Of a DNA stretch of 64,000 bases, positions 55,760 through 64,000 are shown piece by piece. The notes below the pieces were generated by a model that did not search any database, was not told the DNA's origin, and worked only from the letters and a program-made list of their open reading frames with translations. The stretch's first letter is position 1; every line of letters begins with the position of its first letter. The DNA comes from Candidatus Kaiserbacteria bacterium (lineage in GTDB: Bacteria > Patescibacteriota > Minisyncoccia > Phycocordibacterales > Phycocordibacteraceae): contig OY969413.1 in the NCBI GenBank assembly GCA_963699165.1, forward strand, positions 724,562 through 788,561, given 5' to 3'. The position numbers and the translations under genes were made by a program.

Positions 55760-56485
55760 CGCCTCCTCGGCTACGATACTGCGCCGCACATACCACTCCT
55801 GCAGCGAACCGACGAGGTTCGTCGTTATGAAATACAGCGCTACGGCGCCCGAAGTCGAATATGAAATCGCGCCGATGATAAACGGGAAAACGTATTTAAG
55901 CTGCGTTCCCATGATCTTTTGGAAATCGGCCTGCACGCCCTCCGAATCGGAAGGTTTCATCGTACCCGAAAGCGCCATATGGGCCTGCAGGAACTGGGTT
56001 AGGCCGGCGAGCACCGCAAGAACGATGCTTTTCCCGGCAACCGATATCAGACCGAGAAAGTGTAGCGAAATGATGTGCGGCACCGGGGTAAACGCGTAGA
56101 GCCGCGCGGTATCGATTGCCGAAAACGGCTCGTAATAAAAAACCCAGTACAGCGCAAGCAGAACGGGAATTTGAATAAACGCCGTTAAAATGCTCGCGAA
56201 CGGATTTACTTTCGCGTCACGGTAGAGCGCGAGCGTTTCAACCGCCTCTTTTTCTTTGTCGTCCTTATAGGTTTCTTTCAGCGCCTTGATTTTCGGCTCG
56301 AGCGTTTTCATCGCCCGCTGCGTGCGCGCCGCAGAGAGCGAAAAAGGCAGTAATATGACCCGAATGCCTATCGTGAGCACAATGACGGCAACACCGACAT
56401 CTCCGCCCGGCAAAAACGCGACAAGCGCGACAAGCGCGTTGTAAATCGGATTATAGAAGGCGGCGTGAAAAAAATTTGAAATCAC
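55754..56485 (-). CDS. yidC: membrane protein insertase YidC/Oxa1 family (short form)
   Basis: LTIGIRVILLPFSLSAARTQRAMKTLEPKIKALKE conserved YidC TM1-2 region; located next to rnpA. Confidence 0.85.
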   Translation of the reverse strand: MISNFFHAAFYNPIYNALVALVAFLPGGDVGVAVIVLTIGIRVILLPFSLSAARTQRAMKTLEPKIKALKETYKDDKEKEAVETLALYRDAKVNPFASILTAFIQIPVLLALYWVFYYEPFSAIDTARLYAFTPVPHIISLHFLGLISVAGKSIVLAVLAGLTQFLQAHMALSGTMKPSDSEGVQADFQKIMGTQLKYVFPFIIGAISYSTSGAVALYFITTNLVGSLQEWYVRRSIVAEEAL

Positions 56486-56488
56486 AAA

Positions 56489-56815
56489 CTATGCATTAGA
56501 GCGCCGGTTAATTTTTAAGAGCGATTGCGCAATCTCTCCTCTGATATCTTCGTAGGATACACTATGCGCGGATGATTTGGGAAATACGATGAGTCCGCCG
56601 CGGGGGAGGGAAAGGGTGCTGAGCGCCGCAAGCACGCGCCGCTTGATGCTGTGGCGGGTAACGGACAGACGGGCGGTTTTTTTAGACACTACCACGGCGC
56701 ATCCCTTCATGTTATCGGAAAATACAACCGTGAAATGCGGGGAATCCACCCGCCGGCCGGTTTTAAGCACCAAGGGAAAATCCGCACGCGGGAGCCGTTC
56801 TCGGCGCGGAAACAC
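56489..56815 (-). CDS. rnpA: ribonuclease P protein component
   Basis: RLPRADFPLVLKTGRRVDSPHFTVVF, RNR-like KRRVLAAL motif; synteny rpmH-rnpA-yidC. Confidence 0.8.
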   Translation of the reverse strand: MFPRRERLPRADFPLVLKTGRRVDSPHFTVVFSDNMKGCAVVVSKKTARLSVTRHSIKRRVLAALSTLSLPRGGLIVFPKSSAHSVSYEDIRGEIAQSLLKINRRSNA

Positions 56816-56818
56816 GAG

Positions 56819-56959
56819 TTAGGCGCTGAGGCGCTTGCGGCCGATGCGTCGGCGTCCTTGCACTATTTTTCGACCTGCAGAGGTCGCGGTTCGGGAAAGA
56901 AACCCGTGCGCGCGGGCCCGCTTTCGTTTTTTTGGCTGATACGTTTGTTTTGTTGACAT
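56819..56959 (-). CDS. rpmH: 50S ribosomal protein L34
   Basis: Manual translation [46 protein letters not shown]; not in ORF track (46 aa). Confidence 0.8.
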   Translation of the reverse strand: MSTKQTYQPKKRKRARAHGFLSRTATSAGRKIVQGRRRIGRKRLSA

Positions 56960-57055
56960 GCCGATGCGGAATTAGTTTATGCACATGATATTAACAGATT
57001 CTCCCCGAAAAACCAGTATGTTTTCTTTTTGCGGAGAAGGTATACTCCCATCAAT
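56960..57055. promoter_or_regulatory. rpmH-dnaA intergenic region with DnaA-box-like TTATGCACA (56977-56985)
   Basis: Divergent promoters region; single near-consensus box. Confidence 0.4.
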
Positions 57056-58408
57056 ATGGACACACGGAATCCGAAAGAGTTATGGGAGTATGTGATGAAT
57101 CAAGTAGAACTGTCTATATCGCCCGCAAATTTCAATACATGGTTCCGCAACAGTTTTATCGTTAAAATAGGCGACGATGGTGTGTTGTATATCGGTGTTC
57201 CGAGTCAATTTTTCAAGGATTGGTATTTGAAAAAATTTCATTCTTTGCTGCTGAAGATCGTTCGCGGCGTGTCCTACGAGTTCCGCAATATCGAATATGT
57301 CATTGTAAAAGACGAGCACCGAAAATCGGTGAAGGAGGTGAAAAATGCGCGCGGAGCGCTTGAACTGCCGCTCGACGAGTTCTACATAAACAAAAGCGAT
57401 AATTTGAATCCGCGATATACCTTCGACACGTTTGTTGTCGGTTCGTTCAATGACCTGGCGTTTGCCGCCTCGCAAGCCGCATTGAACCGCCCCGGCATCA
57501 CCTATAATCCTCTTTTCATTTACGGCGACACCGGGCGCGGCAAAACGCACCTTATCCAATCCATCGGAAATCAGTTTAAAAAACAGTATCCCGGCCGGCG
57601 GGTCTTTTATCTCACGTCGGAAAAATTCGCGGTCGATTATACCGATTCGGTGCAGGCCGGAACCGCAAACCGTTTTAAAGACAAGTACCGGCAGTACGAC
57701 CTACTCATTATGGATGATGTGCAGTTCCTTTCGAAGAAAGAAAAAACACAGGAAGAATTGTTCCACCTCTTCAATGCGCTGCATGACACCAATAAACAGA
57801 TTATCTTTTCATCCGACCGCGCGCCCGCATCCATTCCGGACATTGCCGAACGCCTTAAAGGCCGTCTCGCGAGCGGTATGGCGGTCGACATCGGAGAACC
57901 GGACACCGAGTCAAGAATGGCGATTGTGCAGAAAAAAGCCGCCTCGCACGGTGTGATACTGTCGCCCGAGGTGGTCGAGTACGTTGCTACCACGATGGGC
58001 GGCTCCATACGCGAACTTGAAGGCATGGTGAACAGCATTATTTGCCATACGCAGGTAAAAGGGACGGTTCCGGACATTGCCGAGGTCCGCCAGTCGCTGC
58101 GGTCATTCACCCTGCCGCAGAAAAATATTTCCGTTAAAAATATCGTTGATAAAGTCGCCGATTTTTACGGCATTGATGAGGAAAGTATTTATGAGAAAAC
58201 GCGCCGGAGGGAAATCGTGCGGCCGCGGCAGGTCATTATGTATCTGTTGCGCGAGGATTTTAATATTTCATACCCGACCATAGGCACAAAACTGGGTGGG
58301 CGCGACCACACGACAGTTATCCACTCTTGTGAGAAAATAAAGAAGGAGGTAGGTGTGGATACCGAACTCGCGAAAGAAATCCAAAATATTCGCACCCTTC
58401 TTGTATGA
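57056..58408 (+). CDS. dnaA: chromosomal replication initiator DnaA
   Basis: AAA+ Walker A GDTGRGKTHL, Walker B LLIMDDVQF, C-terminal HTH DNA-binding domain (GGRDHTTVIHSCEKI). Confidence 0.9.
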   Translation: MDTRNPKELWEYVMNQVELSISPANFNTWFRNSFIVKIGDDGVLYIGVPSQFFKDWYLKKFHSLLLKIVRGVSYEFRNIEYVIVKDEHRKSVKEVKNARGALELPLDEFYINKSDNLNPRYTFDTFVVGSFNDLAFAASQAALNRPGITYNPLFIYGDTGRGKTHLIQSIGNQFKKQYPGRRVFYLTSEKFAVDYTDSVQAGTANRFKDKYRQYDLLIMDDVQFLSKKEKTQEELFHLFNALHDTNKQIIFSSDRAPASIPDIAERLKGRLASGMAVDIGEPDTESRMAIVQKKAASHGVILSPEVVEYVATTMGGSIRELEGMVNSIICHTQVKGTVPDIAEVRQSLRSFTLPQKNISVKNIVDKVADFYGIDEESIYEKTRRREIVRPRQVIMYLLREDFNISYPTIGTKLGGRDHTTVIHSCEKIKKEVGVDTELAKEIQNIRTLLV

Positions 58409-58519
58409 GCATTTCACGACACTTATCAACATTATACCGGTCGCGCTGTGCGATAGATTTCTTTTATTTTATAGCTCTTTTGGGTTTATCCCCTTATCCA
58501 CACCCATAATAAAGATTGT
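58409..58519. promoter_or_regulatory. probable oriC core: DnaA boxes TTATCCACA (58494-58502), TTATCAACA (58423-58431), TTTATCCCC, plus AT-rich DUE-like stretch
   Basis: Perfect consensus DnaA box and AT-rich CTTTTATTTTATAGCTCTTTT between dnaA and dnaN. Confidence 0.6.
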
Positions 58520-59620
58520 ATGAATATTTCAATTGAAAAAAAGAAATTCTCGGAAGCGGTATATATCGTTTCGCGGTTTGCGGAACGAAAGAGTGCAACA
58601 CTTCCGGCTCTTTCTTCGATTTTGATTATTGCCGGTGATGAAGGGATAAAGATGCGTGCCACCAACCTCGAAACGGGCATTGATTTGAAATTGGACGGCA
58701 CCTGCAGAACACACGGTGTTGTTGCGGTTCCAGCAACCGTCCTTCAACAGTTTGCAAGCTCTCTTACGCAGGAAGGAACACTTACTCTTGAACATACCGG
58801 CGACATCGTTTCACTCGATAGCGGTATGGGAAAAAGTTTAATAAAGACCGTTCCGTATGACGATTTCCCATCCATACCATTTCCGGAAAATCCAAAAAAC
58901 CGAATCGTGGTTCCGGGCGCCATTCTAAAAAATCTTTTTACCGCCATTGCATCCTGTGCATCAACATCAACTGTGCGACCCGAATTGTCGAGCGTGTATC
59001 TTTCGATAGAAGGCGGTTCACTAACGGCGGTTGCAACCGACTCGTTTCGTCTTGCGGAGAAAAAAATTCCTCTTTCAAATAAGGGAACACAAGGAAAATT
59101 TCTTATACCAACAAAGAACGCACTCGATATCGCTCAAGCGCTTCCCGATGACGACATTATTATGTCGTTTGATGAACATCAGTGCGCGTTTATCAACACC
59201 GGAAGCATGATTGTGTCGCGGCTCACTAATGCGGTGTATCCGGATTACCGGCAAATTATTCCGAAAGAGTCCGTCGTTGAGGGGGTCGTGCTACGTAAAG
59301 ATTTCGAGGCGGCGCTCAAACGCACCACTATTTTTTCCGATTCGTTTCAAAAAATACGCATCGGTTTCGATTCGAAAAAGAACACATTGTCGTTTTTTGC
59401 GAGAAATACCGATATCGGAGAATCTTCGGAAACGCTGCCGGCAAGCATTTCCGGCAGCCCGCTTGAACTATCGTTCAATCACCGGTATTTATCAGCAGCT
59501 CTCTCACTCACACCAGCGGAAAGCATTTCGCTGCTTGCGGCAGGTATTGGGCGCCCGCTTATTATAAAAGGCGTCGGAGATACCTCGCTTCTATACCTTG
59601 TTTCACCGATGAATCAATAA
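58520..59620 (+). CDS. dnaN: DNA polymerase III beta sliding clamp
   Basis: Three-domain beta-clamp architecture; position immediately after dnaA. Confidence 0.85.
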   Translation: MNISIEKKKFSEAVYIVSRFAERKSATLPALSSILIIAGDEGIKMRATNLETGIDLKLDGTCRTHGVVAVPATVLQQFASSLTQEGTLTLEHTGDIVSLDSGMGKSLIKTVPYDDFPSIPFPENPKNRIVVPGAILKNLFTAIASCASTSTVRPELSSVYLSIEGGSLTAVATDSFRLAEKKIPLSNKGTQGKFLIPTKNALDIAQALPDDDIIMSFDEHQCAFINTGSMIVSRLTNAVYPDYRQIIPKESVVEGVVLRKDFEAALKRTTIFSDSFQKIRIGFDSKKNTLSFFARNTDIGESSETLPASISGSPLELSFNHRYLSAALSLTPAESISLLAAGIGRPLIIKGVGDTSLLYLVSPMNQ

Positions 59621-59632
59621 TTTGGCAGTACA

Positions 59633-61813
59633 TTATTGAGGGGTCGAGGTTTGCATTGGGTTGGGTGATGAATATGAGATAGGAACGGGAAGCATCACGC
59701 CGCCCGAGAATGCGGCGGGATGGGAGGCGAACCAGGCCGAAACCCCGTATTCCCAATAGGAAAATTGAGGATCTTGTCCGGGGTTTGACGGCGGCGGACC
59801 TTGAGGGTCGTTTTTATTCGTCCAGTAGAGCAAGTCATGCGGGATGACATTTCCCTGTGCATCCGGTATGCGCCAGTTTCCTTGCAACATTTGCGGAACC
59901 GAAGATGGAATTGGGTCCGGTTCGCCGAAATATGCTTTTGGATATTTTGTAAGTGCATACGCCATAGCATCGTGCCACATCGGAGCCGCAATAAATCCGG
60001 CGATTGTTTTCACCATCGGCGTATTATCGTTATTTCCAGCCCACACACCGACTGCGATGGATGGCGTGTAGCCGATGACCCACGCGTCGCGCGTATCGTT
60101 CGTGGTTCCCGTTTTGACTGCAACATCGTATCCCGGAAAAGAAAGGGGGGAATTAAGCGGATATTCCGGAACGCGGGCCGGTGCATCGGAGAGCATTGCG
60201 GACATGTCGCGAGCGATATTTTGCGGAATTACAACGGACGGATCGGGCGCAAATTTTTGAAGCACATTTCCCTGCGCATCATCGACCTCAAGAATACCTG
60301 TCGGTGTATTTTTAACGCCGTCATTTGCAAACGCGGCATAAGCGCCGGTTAAGTCGAGCAAGCGAACTTCGCCGCCGCCGAGCACGAGCGTGAGTCCGTA
60401 CTTGCTCGGGTCGCCGAGCGTTGTGAGACCGAATGATTTTGCAAGATTAACGGCATTTTGTATGCCGACAAGATACAGTGCTTTAATGGCCGGGACGTTT
60501 ATTGATTGAGCAAGCGCAGTTTCAAAAGTCATCGGGCCGCGGAACGAGCTATCGAAATCCTGCGGCGCATAGCAAGGAGGAGTATCGTTTGTCGTGTCGG
60601 AGGGGCTGCAATCGGTTGAAAATTGCGTCGGGACATCGAATACAACCGTATCGCGCGTATACCCGTGCTGGAGCGCCAATGAATAAATAAAGGGCTTCAT
60701 CGTCGAACCCGGCTGGCGAAGCGCTAGTGCGGCGTTGTACTGCCCGTCGATTGTAGTGTCGAAAAAGTTTCGTGAACCGACCATCGCAAGAATTTGTCCG
60801 GTCGCCGGATCAATCGCGACCAGAGAAGCATTCGACGCTTTGTATTTGGTGACATTCTGAAGCGCATACTGGCTGACAATCGACTCCGCTTTAACTTCAA
60901 GATCCGCATCCAACGTTGTTGTAACTTTCAGTCCGGATTGCAGCGCTTGCGCTCCATAGGAACTTTCAAGCTGATTCAAAATATAAAAAACGAAATGCGG
61001 GGCAATGATGGAGTTTTGCGCGGCAGGTGCAAATGTCACTTTCTCGGCTTGCGCCGAGGCATAGGTAGCATCGTCTATGAATCCGAGGTCATGCATGCGG
61101 CTCAATACCAGATTTTTTCGGGTGGTTAGATCCGCAAGATGCGTACCGTACGGAGAATAATAGGTCGGCGCCTGAATCATTGCGGCAAGATATGCCGCTT
61201 CTGCGACAGACAAATCTTTTGCCGATTTTCCAAAATAGGCCTCGGAAGCGGCTTCAATGCCGTAGAGCGTTCCGCCGTAGGGAATATTATTCAAGTATGT
61301 TTCAAGAATTTGGTCCTTCGAATACGACTGCTCCAATTTTACGGCAAGAACCCATTCGTGGATTTTTCGAACAATGCTTTTTTGATTGGTCAAAAGAACG
61401 TTCTTTATGACTTGTTGTGTAATCGTCGATCCGCCTTGCGAAACCGCTCCGCCGAGCACGTCGGCGAGAAATGCACGGATGATGGATGTAAATCGAATGC
61501 CGCCGTGTTCGTAAAAACCGGAATCCTCGATGGCGAGAGTCGCATTAATCGTATTTGGAGAAATTTGAGTAAGAGGAACGATGCTTCGCTTTGCGTCACG
61601 GTTGTAGTCATAGAGCAAAACTTGTCCGGTGCGGTCGTAGATTTTGGTTGACTGGTCGACCTGACGGTCTGCAAAAGAATTGATATCGGGCACCGGAGTG
61701 ACTGCTACCACAATAAGCAAACCGCCAACAGCAAAAAGGCCGATGCCGAGAAGCACGAGAAGAATTGCAATGATAGTGTGCCGCCAGGATATATGTCGCA
61801 TGCGCCGTCGCTT
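59633..61813 (-). CDS. mrcA: penicillin-binding protein 1A (bifunctional glycosyltransferase/transpeptidase)
   Basis: GT51 motifs EDSGFYEHGG, GGSTITQQ; transpeptidase SxxK (PGSTMKPF), KTGT; N-terminal TM. Confidence 0.85.
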   Translation of the reverse strand, partial: KRRRMRHISWRHTIIAILLVLLGIGLFAVGGLLIVVAVTPVPDINSFADRQVDQSTKIYDRTGQVLLYDYNRDAKRSIVPLTQISPNTINATLAIEDSGFYEHGGIRFTSIIRAFLADVLGGAVSQGGSTITQQVIKNVLLTNQKSIVRKIHEWVLAVKLEQSYSKDQILETYLNNIPYGGTLYGIEAASEAYFGKSAKDLSVAEAAYLAAMIQAPTYYSPYGTHLADLTTRKNLVLSRMHDLGFIDDATYASAQAEKVTFAPAAQNSIIAPHFVFYILNQLESSYGAQALQSGLKVTTTLDADLEVKAESIVSQYALQNVTKYKASNASLVAIDPATGQILAMVGSRNFFDTTIDGQYNAALALRQPGSTMKPFIYSLALQHGYTRDTVVFDVPTQFSTDCSPSDTTNDTPPCYAPQDFDSSFRGPMTFETALAQSINVPAIKALYLVGIQNAVNLAKSFGLTTLGDPSKYGLTLVLGGGEVRLLDLTGAYAAFANDGVKNTPTGILEVDDAQGNVLQKFAPDPSVVIPQNIARDMSAMLSDAPARVPEYPLNSPLSFPGYDVAVKTGTTNDTRDAWVIGYTPSIAVGVWAGNNDNTPMVKTIAGFIAAPMWHDAMAYALTKYPKAYFGEPDPIPSSVPQMLQGNWRIPDAQGNVIPHDLLYWTNKNDPQGPPPSNPGQDPQFSYWEYGVSAWFASHPAAFSGGVMLPVPISYSSPNPMQTSTPQ

Positions 61814-61881
61814 CATGCGGCATATGCTAACACGCGCGGTTCCGCCTGTGGCTGAACCGCGCGTGTTCATTTCAAGCCGTC

Positions 61882-62013
61882 TTAAATTTCCTCTTCTTCG
61901 AATTCATCATCATCCAGCTCGTCGTCGTCAAGTTCATCATCATCCAGCTCGTCGTCGTCGAGCAGACCTGCTTCTAGCGTCTCGGCGTCAAATTCTTTTT
62001 CGTCATCCGACAT
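61882..62013 (-). CDS. highly acidic 43-aa micro-protein with (DDDEL)4 repeats
   Basis: Manual translation MSDDEKEFDAETLEAGLLDDDELDDDELDDDELDDDEFEEEEI; below ORF-track length cutoff. Confidence 0.3.
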   Translation of the reverse strand: MSDDEKEFDAETLEAGLLDDDELDDDELDDDELDDDEFEEEEI

Positions 62014-62104
62014 ATACATATGGTTACAAGTAGCCCCGGAGGGGACGGGTATATTTGAGCAAATCTAGTATGCAATGCAAGGTCGCCGAAGCGAAGAGTG
62101 GGGA

Positions 62105-62581
62105 TTAATGATTCTGCAATCCGAATGCGAGCGCCGTGATGCCGATTGCGATGGCATCGAGTTCGTCGTCGAGACGTTTTTTCTTAGAGAGTGCGAGCAG
62201 TTTCGGAACCATCCCCAGTATGTCCGCTTTGCCCGCGCCCCCGTGCCCGGTGACTGCAATCTTCACCTGTTGGGGGGAACATTCGATAACCGGCAAAGAC
62301 GCCAGACCGGCTGCCGCAAGTATAGCGCCGCGGGCTTCGGCGACGCCGACCGCCGTTTTTTTATTGGCGTTAAAAAAAAGCGTCTCAAGCGCAAGCGCAT
62401 CCGGAGCGAATTCCCGTATCGCATTTGTGATGGCGCTTGAGACGGCGGCGAGGCGGTTTTCGCGGAGTCCTTTCTCCGGCTGAACGCAGTCGCTCATGAC
62501 TAGTGTCGGTCGCGAAGGGTCGCCCTCGACGACTGCGATGCCGAGGCGGTCGTAGCCCGGGTCAATCGCCAGTATCCTCAT
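62105..62581 (-). CDS. ruvC: crossover junction endodeoxyribonuclease RuvC
   Basis: MRILAIDPGYDRLGIAVVEG (catalytic Asp), ...DAIAIGITAL C-terminal motif. Confidence 0.75.
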   Translation of the reverse strand: MRILAIDPGYDRLGIAVVEGDPSRPTLVMSDCVQPEKGLRENRLAAVSSAITNAIREFAPDALALETLFFNANKKTAVGVAEARGAILAAAGLASLPVIECSPQQVKIAVTGHGGAGKADILGMVPKLLALSKKKRLDDELDAIAIGITALAFGLQNH

Positions 62582-63116
62582 ACCCGCGCGCATTTGTGAA
62601 AATGCGTTGCACATCCTCATGATTGTCGAGCGCGTCGAGAATGGCGGACAAGCGTTCCTCATCTGCTTCGGAAATTTCTACGAGCGGTTCGTTCGGGGCA
62701 TACAGTGCGCCGGTTTTTGTAAATGCCCAGCTCGCGGCACCCGGAGAAGCAAGTTCCGCACCTTGCAAGACGAGCAGATGCTTTATCTCCTGCGTCGTTC
62801 TGTTTTTATTGTCGGTGAGCGCGTCAATGAGAATGGCGACGCCGCTCGGTCCGTACGTTTCGTAGATCACTTGCTCCAAGCTATCGGAATCCTTTGAGGT
62901 GCCTTTGGCGATGGCGCGCTCGATGTTTTCTTTCGGCATGTTTGCGGCCTTTGCGCGGGAAACAGCCACAGATAGTCCCGGCGCCGAGAGAACGCCTTTC
63001 GCCTTCTTTGATTCAAGCGTGATGAGCCGCGCAAGACGAGAAAATACGCGGCTTTTTGCGGCATCGGTTACTGATTTTTGGCGCTTAATTTGCGACCATT
63101 TGCTGTGTCCTGACAT
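62562..63116 (-). CDS. yebC: YebC/PmpR-family DNA-binding regulator (short form)
   Basis: MSGHSKWSQIKRQK N-terminal signature. Confidence 0.7.
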   Translation of the reverse strand: MSGHSKWSQIKRQKSVTDAAKSRVFSRLARLITLESKKAKGVLSAPGLSVAVSRAKAANMPKENIERAIAKGTSKDSDSLEQVIYETYGPSGVAILIDALTDNKNRTTQEIKHLLVLQGAELASPGAASWAFTKTGALYAPNEPLVEISEADEERLSAILDALDNHEDVQRIFTNARGYEDTGD

Positions 63117-63154
63117 GCGTGCACTATAGCAAAACGGGCGTCAATTAGACAATA

Positions 63155-63988
63155 TTATTTTTCCAAATACGCTCGTCCTTGTTGCGTCAAAATGCGTCCG
63201 CGCAGCGAGCGTTCTATAAATCCAAGTCGCAGCAAGTAAGGTTCGTAAATGTTTTCTATAGTATCGGAATCTTCGTGAAGAGCAGCGGCAATCGCACCCA
63301 CGCCTGCCGGCCCTCCGCGGAACCCTTTTAGAAGGGTTTCAAGATAGCGGCGGTCGTCTTTAGTGAGCCCATGCGCATCAATACCGAAAAGTTCGCAAGC
63401 ATCGTCGCATACGGCGGCGGAAAGCGGCCGTTCGCGCACTTCGGAGAAATCGCGAACACGTTTCAAAAGTGCATTTGCAACGCGTGGGGTGGCGCGGCTC
63501 CTCGCCGCTATGCGGCCGATGACTTCTTCGGGCACCGACAAGTCAAGCAGTTTTCCGGAGCGGCGGATGATGTCTCGCAAATCGTCTTCATTGTAAAAAT
63601 CGAGCTGATGAATGCCGCCGCCAAAGCGGGAGCGAAGCGGCCCCGAAAGTTCGGAGACGCGCGTCGTGGCGCCGACGAGCGTAAACGAGGGAAGCGCAAG
63701 TTCGACGGTGCGAGCTGACGGTCCTTTGCCGAGAATGATGTCGAGATGTCCCGATTCAAGCGCCGGATACAACAGCTCCTCGATTTTTCGAGAGAGCCGA
63801 TGAATTTCATCGATGAAGAGCACCGTGTTCGGTTCGAGGTTGGTTAGAATCGCCGCGAGGTCGCCCGCCCGTTCGATTGCGACCCCTGACGTTGTTTTCA
63901 GCGGCGCTTCAAGCGTGATGGCAATCAAATGGGCGAGCGTTGTCTTGCCGACACCCGGCGGACCGTAAAAAAGAATATGTTCGGGCAT
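63155..63988 (-). CDS. ruvB: Holliday junction DNA helicase RuvB (probably 5'-partial at window edge)
   Basis: Walker A GPPGVGKTTLAHLIA, Walker B LFIDEIHRL, sensor/arginine finger, C-terminal winged helix. Confidence 0.8.
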   Translation of the reverse strand: MPEHILFYGPPGVGKTTLAHLIAITLEAPLKTTSGVAIERAGDLAAILTNLEPNTVLFIDEIHRLSRKIEELLYPALESGHLDIILGKGPSARTVELALPSFTLVGATTRVSELSGPLRSRFGGGIHQLDFYNEDDLRDIIRRSGKLLDLSVPEEVIGRIAARSRATPRVANALLKRVRDFSEVRERPLSAAVCDDACELFGIDAHGLTKDDRRYLETLLKGFRGGPAGVGAIAAALHEDSDTIENIYEPYLLRLGFIERSLRGRILTQQGRAYLEK

Positions 63989-64000
63989 GCTTCCGCGCTT

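Overview
This 64-kb window looks like bacterial chromosome (about 55-60% GC) with a gene repertoire typical of small-genome, Patescibacteria/CPR-like lineages; the lineage call is an inference, and every gene call below is motif-based, made without database searches.

It contains the replication-origin neighbourhood near its right end (rpmH-rnpA-yidC on the minus strand, then dnaA-dnaN on the plus strand, with DnaA boxes). Housekeeping genes include cca, HU, rarA, rny, clpP, ppa, nusA, tpiA, pgk, recJ, rnhA, zwf, sodA, rpmB, PBP1A, ruvC, yebC and a partial ruvB. There is a type IV pilus operon (pilB, pilC and three pilin-like genes) next to a split comEC, and a T4SS-like cluster (PrgI-like, VirB4, VirB6-like membrane protein, VirB2/TrbC-like pilin).

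The window is unusually rich in insertion sequences: two different IS3-family elements (each with an A-AAA-AAG -1 frameshift site), two identical inverted copies of an IS481-like element flanking about 10.5 kb of housekeeping genes, an IS30-family transposase, a second IS481-like element, and a tandem triplication of a 465-bp fragment of that second element.

Two observations stand out as possibly undescribed. First, the 5' 5 kb holds four tRNA genes (Arg-TCG, Gly-GCC, Pro-TGG, Gly-TCC), each followed by one or two copies of a structured 105-185-nt repeat. Each repeat consists of an antisense copy of its own tRNA's 3' T-arm/acceptor with an embedded GC hairpin, one or two further stem-loops, and a direct copy of the tRNA 3' end; the arms co-vary with the identity of the adjacent tRNA. 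Second, a roughly 3-kb high-GC (about 65%) island sits next to an IS3 element. Its genes are arranged like cassettes between conserved repeats, and the two 130-bp downstream repeats each carry a textbook type-III hammerhead ribozyme (GUA cleavage site, CUGAUGAG, GAAA-capped helix II, CGAAAC). An AbiEii-family toxin pair sits just past the island.
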